Source: Candidatus Bathyarchaeota archaeon
GTDB lineage: Archaea; Thermoproteota; Bathyarchaeia; Bathyarchaeales; Bathycorpusculaceae
DNA length: 64,000 nucleotides
Assembly: GCA_963702095.1 (NCBI GenBank)
Contig: OY969706.1
Coordinates: forward strand, 1,408,001-1,472,000
Direction: 5' to 3'
How positions within the stretch are numbered: the stretch's first letter is position 1; every line of letters starts with the position of its first letter. Shown here in pieces: positions 20,671-31,778 of the stretch. Below the pieces are notes generated by a model. It was not told the DNA's origin, made no database searches, and worked only from the letters and a program-made list of their open reading frames with translations. The translations under genes were made by a program, and so were the position numbers.

Positions 20671-22293
20671 TTGAAAAGAATGAAAAAAATCGTATTTGTA
20701 GCAATACTCACAACACTTCTAATAGTTGTGAGTCTCTTTCCAGCAATGACAATTAACGGCGATGTCGGGACCACCACTAAGGAACAGTGTAGATGCCAAC
20801 TTGAGAGCGCCTTCATCAACTACTTGCACCAAAACAAAATACCTGTAACTTCACAGCAACCATCAAATTTGACTTTTAGAAACTTCATTAACTCCAATTC
20901 CGAATTTAGAAATCTGCTTGAAAAATACACTAACTTTACAAAGGCAGAACTAAGTGCAAACTTAAAAGAGAATAGCCCCGATATTTCTGCTGCTCAATTG
21001 ACGCCCATCAAAACAGTAACGGCCACAGTCGCGGAAAAAACCTATAACGTTAGCATTAGCCAAGGAAGAACTGGTACAGAGGATTTCACCAAAATAGACT
21101 TTTGTGGCGGTGGGGTAGACCCTTGGATCTACATTAGCGTACAACCATTAACCGCTGGCTTCTTCAACGGTCTCTGGGTCTATAACTATGGGGAAGTAGA
21201 TACAGTAATTTATCATGTATACAGTAATGAAACAACCAACTTCTTAACCCAATTTTACAACACTCTCTACGGTACGGCCGCATTAAATGCAGTTTATTGG
21301 GCCTTGGCGGGAATTGGTGTTACCGCAGCTGCAGCTCTTGCAGGTGTTCCATATTCGGCGGCAATTGGAACTGCAGTTTCCGTTGCAGGAACCTCTGCTT
21401 CTACATATGACATTCAATGTCTTATTGCCGACACTAATCTTGCAGTCGATAACTCACAACTAGATCATGGATTGAAAATAAAAATTGAGAGCACATACAT
21501 TACTCCTTGGGCAATGCCAATTGTACTACCCGACCTAGCTGTCTATGCCTGGCATTTTGGAGACAATTCGTGGTACAAAACTTTTCCAATGACGCCCTAC
21601 TGGACCTTTACGAACGTGGTTGTCGAGGAAATGCTTGCCTATGAAATAAAGCAAGTGGTTCATGGAATCGGCGATCACACGCCTATAGGCTACGACCACT
21701 GGACTTGGTTGAACGACCCACCGCCGGCTGGATCACCCCCCACTACAGCAAACGGAATATGCAATGTTGGAGTAAACAGCTATGACACTTACAGCAGCCA
21801 ATACATTAATGGCGCCAATGTTAATTTGGACGGTTATTCGGTTGGAACAACAGGTTCTGCCTTCCCAATAACCCCTGAGCAGCATGAATTTCACCTGCCT
21901 CAGTTCGCACTCTACGATAGGCTGTTCTATGAGTACCAGGGATATGAGCAACTTGGAGCAGAGCAAACATTAACAGTACAAATCTCTACTGACACAACAA
22001 TCACAGGCGACTACAGTGTTCCATACCAAGTAACAGTCGATGTTTGCGGAACCGACCAATACAGCCAGTTCTGGTATAACAATTTCGGTTATACTCCAGT
22101 ATATTCGGATGGTCACTTTATCGGAAATGCGCCGGGAACGTTCACACTTGCAGGGCCACACGCCATCTCAGTCGATCCTCAAATTAGCGGGTTCTATCTT
22201 CCCACAACTTTCCAATATTATGATCCAAGCAACTACGTTACGGGATCCTCTTCCTCTACAATAAACGTATGGTATTGGATTTGGACATTTTAA
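20671..22293 (+). CDS. Secreted hypothetical protein with Ala/Gly hydrophobic hairpin and C-terminal beta-sandwich (PEGA-like) repeats
   Basis: Signal peptide; ALAGIGVTAAAALAGVPYSAAIGTAVSVAG; Pro linker PPPAGSPP; GANVNLDG..VGTT and VYSDGHFIGNAP repeats. Confidence 0.7.
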   Translation: MKRMKKIVFVAILTTLLIVVSLFPAMTINGDVGTTTKEQCRCQLESAFINYLHQNKIPVTSQQPSNLTFRNFINSNSEFRNLLEKYTNFTKAELSANLKENSPDISAAQLTPIKTVTATVAEKTYNVSISQGRTGTEDFTKIDFCGGGVDPWIYISVQPLTAGFFNGLWVYNYGEVDTVIYHVYSNETTNFLTQFYNTLYGTAALNAVYWALAGIGVTAAAALAGVPYSAAIGTAVSVAGTSASTYDIQCLIADTNLAVDNSQLDHGLKIKIESTYITPWAMPIVLPDLAVYAWHFGDNSWYKTFPMTPYWTFTNVVVEEMLAYEIKQVVHGIGDHTPIGYDHWTWLNDPPPAGSPPTTANGICNVGVNSYDTYSSQYINGANVNLDGYSVGTTGSAFPITPEQHEFHLPQFALYDRLFYEYQGYEQLGAEQTLTVQISTDTTITGDYSVPYQVTVDVCGTDQYSQFWYNNFGYTPVYSDGHFIGNAPGTFTLAGPHAISVDPQISGFYLPTTFQYYDPSNYVTGSSSSTINVWYWIWTF

Positions 22294-22485
22294 ATCCAAT
22301 AACCATCCCCTATTTTTTTCAAAAAAATCAACTATCAGAAAATAACTCTTTGCCATGGCAAACTCACTACCCAATTAGGGCTCTTTTTGTTGACGGAACT
22401 GGCTGAAGCATAAAGCTATAATGGTCAGGGCTTACCAGATTGCTTTACAGTCAAATCTTGTTTTAGTGCAATATACAAGAGTCCA

Positions 22486-22526
22486 CTTGTAGTTTGCTCC
22501 ACAACCAGTCAGCAACTTAAACTAGA
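22486..22526. repeat. Dispersed repeat, internally deleted copy
   Basis: CTTGTAGTTTGCTCCACAACCAGTCAGCAAC joined directly to TTAAACTAGA, i.e. the two ends of the full repeat. Confidence 0.5.
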
Positions 22527-22688
22527 CGCAAAAGTCAAAACCCGTTGTTCTGCCATATCCTCTGGTTGTTGTTGTGTATAGGGGGTTTTCTGCAACAACT
22601 ATAGGAACAAATCGGTTGACAAAAGCGGTTTAGCGTAGAATATGACTGGATTACAAGAATACCAAGCGGAAAATAACCTGTTTTGTCG

Positions 22689-22826
22689 GTTCTGCTTGTG
22701 GTTTGCTCCTCAACCAGCCTGCAACGCCATGCAGACACAGACACAAAAAAGCAACCGCCAGCAAAGCCCACTAGAAGATGATGTAGTAGGGCAGCATTCT
22801 CTTCTTCTTAATACTAGAAAAACAAA
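22689..22826. repeat. Dispersed intergenic repeat, copy 2
   Basis: Colinear similarity with 12659-12796. Confidence 0.65.
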
Positions 22827-22887
22827 CCTGCAGAGTTGCGCTAAAAAAGTTGATTTAAAATTAAAAGAAAGGGGAAAGGGTAGCTGC

Positions 22888-24403
22888 TTAAGCTATGGGT
22901 ACTAGTCCCCATGGGAGCTGATTCATCGCGGGCTGGATTAGTTGCAGTACGATGTTGGGGAATAAGCCTAAGATGAAAATGGCAGCGACGAGGATGAAGA
23001 CTGGAATGAGCACTGGGGTGTTTTCTTTGATGCGGGTTGTGATGCCGTCTTTGGGTTGTTTGCCGTACATGACGTTGACGAGGCGGAAGATGTATGCGGT
23101 TTGCAGTACGCTGGTGATTACGCCGATGACTGCAAGCCACGTTAAGTTGGCGCTGATGGCTGCGGTGAACACAAAGTATTTGCCGATGAAACCGCCCAGC
23201 GGTGGAACACCTGCGAAGGATAAGCCTGCAATAACCAAGGCTAAGCTTGCATAGGGCATTTTTTTGCCTAATCCGTGGAAGTCGTCGAGGGTTTTGAATC
23301 CGTGGTGGTTCATTATGCCGATAGTCATGAACGCTGCCGCGGTGGTTAAGCCGCCTATTAGGAAGAAGTACAGGTTGCCTGCTAAGCCGAGTTGGGTGAC
23401 GCTGGTGATGGCGATGAGGTTGTAGCCGACGTCTGCGACACAGATGTATGCGATTAAACGTTTGATGTCATTTTGTAGGAGGGCGAATATGTTGCCTACT
23501 ATCATGGTTACCGCCGCTAACGCTGCCAGCATAGGTACCCAGTCGAGTGTGGCGGGCAATATAATGAACAGCAATATTCGGATGAGGATGTAGTAGCTGC
23601 CCTGGTCGTACCAATGCGGAGAGGAAAGCTGCTGAGGGCGCCGGGGCTGCGGTGTATGCGTCGGGAAGCCAGAAGTGAAAGGGAACAACAGCTGCTTCAA
23701 TCGCGTAGCCCGCAATGACGAAGATGAAGGATATTATGAGGAGGTTTAGGTTTGCAGAGGTTATGTTGGTTAATGCGTCGCGGATAGCGATGTAGTTTAG
23801 TGTGCCTGTGATGCCGTAGATAATGGACATGCCCAACAGTACGAACGCGGAGGCGATGATGACCATGACCAGGTATTTGAGCGTGGCGTTTAAGCTAAAC
23901 GCGTTTTTGCGGTACAGCATAAGGAAAGCTGCGGCTGCTGTTGCTGCTTCCCAGAATATGAAGAAAGTTAACAAGTCACCTGAGAGTACTGCACCGATTA
24001 AAGCAGCGGTTAAGATCAGCATAACGGCTATGTATCGGTCAGAGGGACGGTCTGCTGAGTTAACGAAGAACACTGTGTAGAGTAATACGACTGTGGCGAC
24101 TGCGACAATTATGATTGCCATGTAAATTGAGATGGCGTCGATTAGGAATGAAGTTGAGATGGCGGTGTCTGAGCCAGTCAACGTCAAATTCAGGGCTTGC
24201 GGGTTAGGTGTGCTATAGTAGATTAACGTCAAGTTTGCTACGGTAAGGATTGCGATGATACATACCACAAGGACCCATGCGGCGGTTAAACCAGTTTTGT
24301 GGCTGCTTCTGCGGATTGCCCTAAAGACAGGCAGAGTCAACAATGCGGTGACAATAAGCGTGAATATGGGAAGTATTATTTCGAAGATCGTTACGGCTGC
24401 CAT
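22888..24403 (-). CDS. NuoN/MrpD-like antiporter subunit of the membrane hydrogenase; frameshift near 23609
   Basis: PFHFWLPDAYTAAP, QNDIKRLIAY, GVPPLGGFIGK; two track ORFs join if one base is removed. Confidence 0.85.
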
Positions 24404-24404
24404 T

Positions 24405-26001
24405 TTAGACCACTCCGAAGGTTACTGTTTGAATTAACTGCAAGAAGAACGTCGGGTAAATACCGATTATTACTACGAGAACCACCAGTACGCCTAGGGC
24501 GAATTTCATGTAGTTGGGTATATCAACGATTTTGTGCAAATGCTCCCCTATCGCAGTTTGGGTTTCTGGTTCTGCTTGTCCGCCGTCCTGAGCTAACTTC
24601 ACCAAGCTCTGTTCTTCTTTGGATTGCCCTAGGAAAACTTTGGAGACAAACCGCAGTGCATAGGCAAGCGAGAACACGGTTGCTACGAGCATCAGAATTG
24701 TGGGTACGATGTAGAAGCTGTCAACGGTTAAGATTTGGAAAGCTCCAACGAATATGAAGAATTCACTGATAAAGCATGCCAACGGAGGCGCACCTGCAAT
24801 GCTTAGGGCTGCGATTGTGCCTGACACGGCTGAGAAAGGCATTTTGCCTGCTAACCCGCCCATCTTGCGGATGTCGCGTTCTTCAGTTTGATGCATGACG
24901 CCTCCTGCGGTGAGGAAGAAGAGGCCTTTGCTTGCAGCGTGGGTAATAATATGCAGTACTGTACCAACGATTGCGATTGAAGTAGCCTCCGTAAGCAGGA
25001 CCACATTGCCGCTTGCGAGTGCCACTGGGAACAGTGAGAGCCCAAACATGATGTAGCCCATGTGTGCGATGCTGGAGTATGCGATGACACGCTTTATGTC
25101 ATTGGCAACTAGCGAGAGTAGTGAACCGAAGAATGCGGTGATAACTCCAATTATGGATAATGCATAGAGGAAATTGGTACCAAACGCCGCGCCGACGCCT
25201 ATGAATGTCATACCGAAGGACATACGAAGGATTGCGTAAGCTCCTGCGCTGATGATTACTCCGCTAAGCAAAGCGGACATTGGAGCGGGGGCCTTCAGAG
25301 TGTGCGTCAGGTAGCCACATATGGACAGGAAACACTGCCATCTTCACTGCGAATCCGCCTGTTAGAGCAATTAGTATCCACTTTGCGGCTTCGGGCATGT
25401 TCTGAGCAAAGAAGGTCTGTGCCGTGAACATGTCTGTGGATCCAGTTATGTAGTAGGTTGCTCCAATGCCTAAGAGGACAAAAACTGCGCCTGCATGGGT
25501 GAATATGAAGAGTTTCAGCGCGGATTTGTAGCTGTTGCGGTAACCCCATTCTCCAACTATAAAGTAGGCGGGGACCAGCATGAGTTCCCAGCAGAAGTAG
25601 AACAGTATCATGTTGCTGGTTAAGAAGACACCGACTAAACCGACGCTTAGCATGCAGAGCAGTGCGTAGTAGGAGGGGAGGTTCTTTTTGCCTGCCATGT
25701 AGTTGATTGAGTACACTGAGGCTAAGGAGATGAGGACTAAGCTGATTAAGGCAATTGAGACGCTGATGCCGTCAACGTATAGGGTGAAGTTTGTGGTGAT
25801 TATGTCAGGGATCCATGTGTAGCTTTCAGTGTAGCTGCCCTGGGAGAGGACGCTTGGAATTGTGGTGGCGATTAAAGCCATGCTTATCACTGCGAGTAGA
25901 GCAACAAAGATTGCTGCTGCCTTAGTGGATTTCTTTCCTGTCCAGTACACAAAGGGGATGCTTAGCGAGAAAATAGCGAATACAGCGAGTAATGCGTACA
26001 T
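24405..26001 (-). CDS. NuoM-like antiporter subunit; frameshift near 25292
   Basis: [38 protein letters not shown] (restored), DIKRVIAYSSIAHMG. Confidence 0.85.
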
Positions 26002-26004
26002 TTC

Positions 26005-27943
26005 TTATGCTCCTGTGCCTAACGTTAAGATTATCAATATGACGATGAGGATGAAGCCGACGACTGCCGCGGCTACATAGTTTGTAAAGGAATCCGAGGG
26101 TCCCTTCTTGAGTCCCATGGCTTTGCCTGGTTGCGCTGCTTCAGCGATGTCTGCGCCGGCTTTGTCGGGAACGCTGGCGAAGAAGTAGTTTTCAAAGCGG
26201 GTTAATGCAGCTGAGAAGCCGTTGATGCCTCTGCCGATGGCGTAGTAGAAGTCATCGAGGAAATATGCGTGGCCCAACAGGAAAGTTAAGGGGTTTTTGC
26301 CTGCGGCGACTTTGCGCAGGGTGTTAAAGTTCTTGTAGTATGTCCAGTATGCCAAAAGGAAAGTTGGCAGCAGCAGCAGCATGAATATGGGGAACTCTGA
26401 GGTTGTGAAGGCAGCGATTAAGCTGGCGCCTTCAGGTGCTACAGCCATGAAGCTTGTGATTAGTGGCTCAGCGAGACCCCAAGCTATGCATAATCCTGCG
26501 AGGACGCCTGCGGGTATAAGCATTACCCAGGGGGCTTCGTGAACGTGTTCTTTTTGGATGTGTTCGGATGGTTTGCCCATGAAGACTAAGCTGAACATGC
26601 GGACACAGTAGGCAAACGTGATTGCAGCCGACGCATACAGGATGATTAACTGGATTAAGCCCGATGTAGTAGCGACTTCGCCGACGCTTGTTAAGATTAA
26701 GCCTTTACTGAAGAAAGCTGCAAACGGCGGCAAACCGCTAGTGGTGATAATCATGATTGTCATTAAGGCAAATGAGACAGGCATGGCTTTCTTCAATCCG
26801 CCCATCAACCGCATGTCCCGTGTACCCAAGGCGTGGATGATGCCACCTGCCAAGAGGAATCCAAGGCGCTTCGAAGAACGCGTGGCTAACCATGTGGAAG
26901 ATGCTTGCGAACCAACCGGTGGAGTCGACAACTAGGGTGGTGGTCGCCATAGCTGTGCCTAAACCAGCCATCATGAAGCCGATTTGGCTCACGGTGGAGT
27001 AGGCTAGGACTCCTTTGATGTCGGTGGTCATTAAACCCAAGGTTGCGCCAATAAACGCGGTTATTACGCCGATCCAGGCGATTGTGGGGAACCAAGCGAT
27101 CTGTAACGAAGCGATGACAGCTTGTGAAGCAGCAAAAATGAGAATAAAACGGGAGAGCAAGTAGATACCTGCTTTGACCATTGTGGCAGCGTGCAAGAGA
27201 GCGCTAACGGAGGTTGGCGCTTCCATCGCGCTGTATAGCCAGGTGAAGAGTGGGAACTGCGCTGATTTAGCGACGGCGCCTCCTAGCACTAAGAAGGCGA
27301 CCAATATCATCAGGTTCATGTCGAAACCGCCTGCTTGGATGCCGCTGATTACGCCGTGGAAGCTAAAAGTGCTAAACATGTAGAAGAGTAAACCGATGCC
27401 GGCGAGCAGGGATATGTCGCCGATGCGGGTCATTATGAAAACTTTGACACCGCTGTGGATGGATTCTGGTTTCTTGTACCAGAAGCTAATCAATGCATAA
27501 CTGCATAAGCCGACCATTTCCCAGAAGATGAACATCTGCAGCATGTTGTCGGCGATTACTAAGCCGATCATGGAGCCAATGAATAAGAGTAAGAGGTAGT
27601 AGTAGCGGGTTAAGCCTTCTTCGCCTTTCATGTAGCCCATTGAGTAAACTGCGATGATGAGTGCGAAGAACGCGACTAGACAGGTGAATATGACGCTTAA
27701 GGGGTCAACGTAGACTCCGGCGGTTATGCCGGCGGGAAGCCAAGGCACAGTGTAGTTCGCGGGGGTAGAGTTGCCCCATACGCCGGGAACCAAGGTAAGC
27801 GCTAAGGCTCCAACCACTGCAGCGATTGCCACAACAAAGTAGTTGCGTGCTTTTTCACTGTATTTTGCGATAACTGGAACAAAACAGCTTGCTATTAGAG
27901 GGATAACCCATACGAACCATGCCGAGAACTCTTGCAGTATCAT
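26005..27943 (-). CDS. NuoL-like antiporter subunit; frameshift near 26867
   Basis: FIFWEMVGLCSY, TRIGD, KSAQFPL..WL..AMEAPTSVSALLHAATMVKAG, LAYSTVSQIG. Confidence 0.85.
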
Positions 27944-28254
27944 TGTGTTTCCTCCTCAACTTCGCCTTTTTCCTGCATTTTCGCTATTATCTTACTGATG
28001 TCGCTTGTGCCATACCGTTTTGAAACTATAACGAGCAACGCCAAGATTACGCCGCTGACCGCGGTGTCAGTGGCAAACGCCAAAATCAAAAACGCCTGGT
28101 TCAAACCCGCAGAGGAGCCAAGCATCACGAAGTTCAACGTGGCTGCGGTGGCTATGAGCTCAACGGATATGAACACTTTAAGCAACTGCCGATTAGTGAG
28201 TAAACCGTAGATGCCGATGCCCAACATTACCACGGATAAAATGACAAAGTCCAT
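27940..28254 (-). CDS. NuoK-like subunit
   Basis: IGIYGLL..RQLLKV.ISVELI; 3 TM. Confidence 0.85.
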   Translation of the reverse strand: MDFVILSVVMLGIGIYGLLTNRQLLKVFISVELIATAATLNFVMLGSSAGLNQAFLILAFATDTAVSGVILALLVIVSKRYGTSDISKIIAKMQEKGEVEEETQ

Positions 28255-28709
28255 TACTTCTTCCTCCGCTCAAAGAGCACAATGGCGATTCCCAACGCCA
28301 CCGTCAAGATGACAACGCCTTGAATCAAAACATCGACGCCGCGCAGGTTCCAAAGGGCATCGCCGACTTGGAGGCCTGTGCTCACTTCAGGCGTACTTGA
28401 AACTGAGAGGAAAATCGCTGGCAAAGAGAAGACCACGCCTGCACCAATTAAGCCGCCTACTTTTGTGGGTGAGGCTTTCTTGGTTGTTTTTTCACCTAGC
28501 ATTTCGCCTGAGAGAAAAAGGATGGCTAATGTGCCGACGCCGACGGCGAACTGGAAGATAGCGGCGTATATGGAGCCGCTTAAGGCGTAGATTAATGCTG
28601 TAAACAGGAAGGTTCCTGATAGGGCTGCTACGGCGTAGACTACTTCATCGAGGAATAATGCCAAGACAGCGGAGACTATTAAGCCTACAGAGAGGATTTC
28701 AAGTATCAT
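28254..28709 (-). CDS. NuoJ-like subunit
   Basis: Hydrophobic 151 aa, AAIFQFAVGVG; operon position. Confidence 0.75.
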   Translation of the reverse strand: MILEILSVGLIVSAVLALFLDEVVYAVAALSGTFLFTALIYALSGSIYAAIFQFAVGVGTLAILFLSGEMLGEKTTKKASPTKVGGLIGAGVVFSLPAIFLSVSSTPEVSTGLQVGDALWNLRGVDVLIQGVVILTVALGIAIVLFERRKK

Positions 28710-29161
28710 TGCGATACACCATTTTTAGTTTTGTACTCTGGCTTCATGACAAGTGAGCCCTTATCGGTTGTTGCTAACTCATAGAGGTCGGATGCTTTGA
28801 TGGCTTCTCTTGGGCAGGATTCGACGCATTGATAGCAGAATACGCATTTGTTGAGGTCGATTTGGGGGCGTTTTCTGCCCTCTACTTCGACGATTTCTAT
28901 GGCTTTTGCCGGGCAATCCCGCACGCAGACGCGGCAATTAGAGCCCCGCATGGCTTTGATGTCTAATCGGAAGTCGGATCCGCTTCCGAAGTCAATTACG
29001 TTGCAGTCTTTTATTTCATAAACCAGTTTACCCCGTGAATCAGGAGGAAGCTCAGGCTTCACAAACGGGTACTTCGTAGTAGCAGGCTTAGTGAACAGAT
29101 GTGAAACCGCACGTCTAAAGATGGGGGAAATGCGGGTTTTCTCTCTCTTTTTATCAGCCAT
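28706..29161 (-). CDS. NuoI-like ferredoxin subunit
   Basis: PATTKYP, C...C..C...CP and CVFCYQCVESCP. Confidence 0.85.
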   Translation of the reverse strand: MADKKREKTRISPIFRRAVSHLFTKPATTKYPFVKPELPPDSRGKLVYEIKDCNVIDFGSGSDFRLDIKAMRGSNCRVCVRDCPAKAIEIVEVEGRKRPQIDLNKCVFCYQCVESCPREAIKASDLYELATTDKGSLVMKPEYKTKNGVSQ

Positions 29162-30196
29162 CTAAGGTAACACTCCAGTTAACACTCCAATACCGAAGGG
29201 ATGATACACATAAGTTACCAACAGCACAGTCGCCGCAAGCGAGATCAACGCGGCTGGCAAGAGGATTTTCCAGTTGCCAGATAACACTTGATCGATGCGT
29301 AGACGAGCAACTACTGTGGTGATGTATTCACTGATGACTACGACAACGAGCAGTTTGAGCACGAACCATAGCGTATAGAATAGCCAGTCAAGTCCGAAGA
29401 AGACTGGGCCGTTTGGTCCGCCCAAGAACAACTCGACAACTAAGGCGGCGCCGAAAATCACTTGGACGTCGCGTGTTAAGTGGAGGAAAGCCAGTTTTGC
29501 GCCTGTGTATTCGGTTTCTAAGCCGCCGACGACTTCTGACTCTGAGTGGGGTACGTCGAAGGGGTCTTTTTCAAGTTCAGCTTGCATGGTAATTACGAAT
29601 AGGACAAAAGCCCATGGAGCCAGCAGTATAAAGGGCGAAAGTTGGCTGCCGGCGATAACTGAGATTTGGAGGCTACCAGCGATAAACGCGGGGGTTAACG
29701 CGAGGAGGAACAGGGGAATGTCGTAGCCTAAGAACTGGGTTAAAACTCTGGCTGAGCCAATTGTGCCATAGGGGTTGGATGATGCCCAGCCTGCGAGGAA
29801 CAAGAGAAAGTTTGCGATGGTTGCAAACGCTAATATGATAATTAAGTCGCCGTTAAAGCCGCTTCCGAGCAGTGTGCTTCCGGTTGAGAGGACACTTGCG
29901 CCTGAGATGGGCAAGAAACACATGGCAAAAACCATGATAGCAAAAGCCACCAGCGGCGTGTAGCGGAATACAAGTTTTTTAGTGTCTCTGGGTTCAATGT
30001 CTTCTTTGGTTAATAGTTTGATGAGGTCAGCGAGGGGTTGAAGTATGCCGCCTGGTCCTGCAACCATGGGGCCAACGCGGTTTTGTATACGGGCTTCAAG
30101 TTTGCGTTCTACCCAATCAACGAATAATGTTAGGAATAGGATGAATGTGAAGCCTGGGAAAACTAGCAGGCGAAAGATAAAGACGAAGTCAATCAT
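29162..30196 (-). CDS. NuoH-like membrane subunit
   Basis: ERKLEARIQNRVGP, LQPLADLIKLL.KE, PFDVPHSESE..GG.ETEY. Confidence 0.9.
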   Translation of the reverse strand: MIDFVFIFRLLVFPGFTFILFLTLFVDWVERKLEARIQNRVGPMVAGPGGILQPLADLIKLLTKEDIEPRDTKKLVFRYTPLVAFAIMVFAMCFLPISGASVLSTGSTLLGSGFNGDLIIILAFATIANFLLFLAGWASSNPYGTIGSARVLTQFLGYDIPLFLLALTPAFIAGSLQISVIAGSQLSPFILLAPWAFVLFVITMQAELEKDPFDVPHSESEVVGGLETEYTGAKLAFLHLTRDVQVIFGAALVVELFLGGPNGPVFFGLDWLFYTLWFVLKLLVVVVISEYITTVVARLRIDQVLSGNWKILLPAALISLAATVLLVTYVYHPFGIGVLTGVLP

Positions 30197-30202
30197 GGTT
30201 TA

Positions 30203-31777
30203 TCACCTGTCAGTGCATGAGAAGCAGGGGTCTAAGCTAACAAAGTTACTTGGTACGTCAGCTATGCTCTCACCGATGGCTGTTTTTAGGAACGCTGGAA
30301 TGTTAGCGAATGTGGGGGTTCGGATTTTTACGCGGTCAGGCATGTCTGTGCCGTTGCTCTTCACGTAGTAAAAGAGTTCACCTCTGGGCGCTTCGGTGGA
30401 AAAGACAGCTTCACCAGCAGGTATGCTTCTGGGCAAATCTATTTTTATTGGACCCGAAGGAAGATGATCCACCACGTAGTCAATGATGTTGATGCTTTCT
30501 TCTACTTCATCTAAGCGAACGTTCATTCTTGCCCATGTGTCGCCGTCGGTGTATACGATTTGGTTGAAGGGAATCTCAGGGTAAGCAGAGTAGGGTTGAG
30601 TTTTGCGTATGTCCATATCAACGCCTGAACCTCTTGCTACTGGACCGACTACGGAAAGTTTGAGTGCATCTTCCCGGCTTAGTGTACCCACGTTCTTCAT
30701 TCTTAATCTAAGGGAGGGCTCGCTTTCGTAGATTTTTCGGTAGAAAGGCAATTTGCCCTTAAGATCCTTAAGAACAGCCTTAATTTTGGGGATATTGTCA
30801 GGGTTTAAGTCTCTTCTTACGCCGCCAACAGTCATAAGCGACCCATAGACGCGGTTGCCGCTGGTTAACTCAATCAGGTCCATGATGGGTTCGCGGTCTC
30901 TCCAGAAATACTGGAAAAGGGTTTCGTAACCAATCTCTAAGCCTGCGTGACCCAAAGTTAAAAGGTGACTGTGAAGACGATTAAGTTCTAAGGCGACCAC
31001 CCGCAGATACTCAGCTCGCTCAGGAATGGATGCCTTGAGGATTTTCTCGACGGAACCTACGAAAGTGTAGGCGTGAATGGCGTTGCAGATACCGCAGACA
31101 CGCTCGACGAGATAGGTATCTTGTAGGTAGGTGCGAGATTCAGTTGTTTTCTCTATGCCCCGGTGTACATAGCCGATGCGGGGTTCAACTTTGGTAACGG
31201 TTTCGCCGTCGACGGTTACAGAGAATTTCTCAGGTTCCAATAACGCTGGGTGCTGGGGGCCAATGATGATTTTGACTTTTCTGCCCTCTGCTGGGAGGTT
31301 GTCTTCTCGGGCGGGTGTTGGGACAAGCTTGACTTTTGTTGGGTCAACGTCTTTTCGCAGAGGATAGACGCCGTCTGGCCAGTTCTCAGAGAGGACAAAG
31401 TGCCCGTTGAATTCGTTGCCCTCAAACACGATGCCGAAGAGGTCGGTTACTTCGAGTTCATGAAAGGCTGCGCCCGGGTGAATGTCAACTATGGTCTTTA
31501 TTTTGGGGTTGTCTCGTGGCACTTCAGCTTTAATCGTAAAGAAGGACTGGGCCGTGTGAGTGTGATAATATACGCCTAAAGTGGCGCCTAAATCTACGCC
31601 GCTTATGGCGGTGATGCCTGTTTTTTCGTCTACTTCAATCATGGCTTTTAGGACGTCGTAGTGTAAACCGTTGTTTGCAACAAACGAGGCTTCTCCATCT
31701 ACGCCTTTTTGGATTTGTACTTTATCGCCGAATTTGTTTTCTATTAAACTGATAAAATCGACTTTACTGTTTGACAT
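30203..31777 (-). CDS. Group 4 [NiFe] hydrogenase large subunit fused to a NuoC-like domain
   Basis: GPQHP, GYVHRGIEK, L1 ERVCGICNAIH, EAPRGEL, L2 DPCFSCTDR at the C-terminus; N-terminal ELEVTDLFGIVF (NuoC-like). Confidence 0.9.
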   Translation of the reverse strand: MSNSKVDFISLIENKFGDKVQIQKGVDGEASFVANNGLHYDVLKAMIEVDEKTGITAISGVDLGATLGVYYHTHTAQSFFTIKAEVPRDNPKIKTIVDIHPGAAFHELEVTDLFGIVFEGNEFNGHFVLSENWPDGVYPLRKDVDPTKVKLVPTPAREDNLPAEGRKVKIIIGPQHPALLEPEKFSVTVDGETVTKVEPRIGYVHRGIEKTTESRTYLQDTYLVERVCGICNAIHAYTFVGSVEKILKASIPERAEYLRVVALELNRLHSHLLTLGHAGLEIGYETLFQYFWRDREPIMDLIELTSGNRVYGSLMTVGGVRRDLNPDNIPKIKAVLKDLKGKLPFYRKIYESEPSLRLRMKNVGTLSREDALKLSVVGPVARGSGVDMDIRKTQPYSAYPEIPFNQIVYTDGDTWARMNVRLDEVEESINIIDYVVDHLPSGPIKIDLPRSIPAGEAVFSTEAPRGELFYYVKSNGTDMPDRVKIRTPTFANIPAFLKTAIGESIADVPSNFVSLDPCFSCTDR

Positions 31778-31778
31778 C

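Noticed and set aside
22888-27943. Programmed frameshifting in the three antiporter subunits
   Set aside because: No common slippery site; the same kind of indel hits unrelated genes, so sequencing error is more parsimonious
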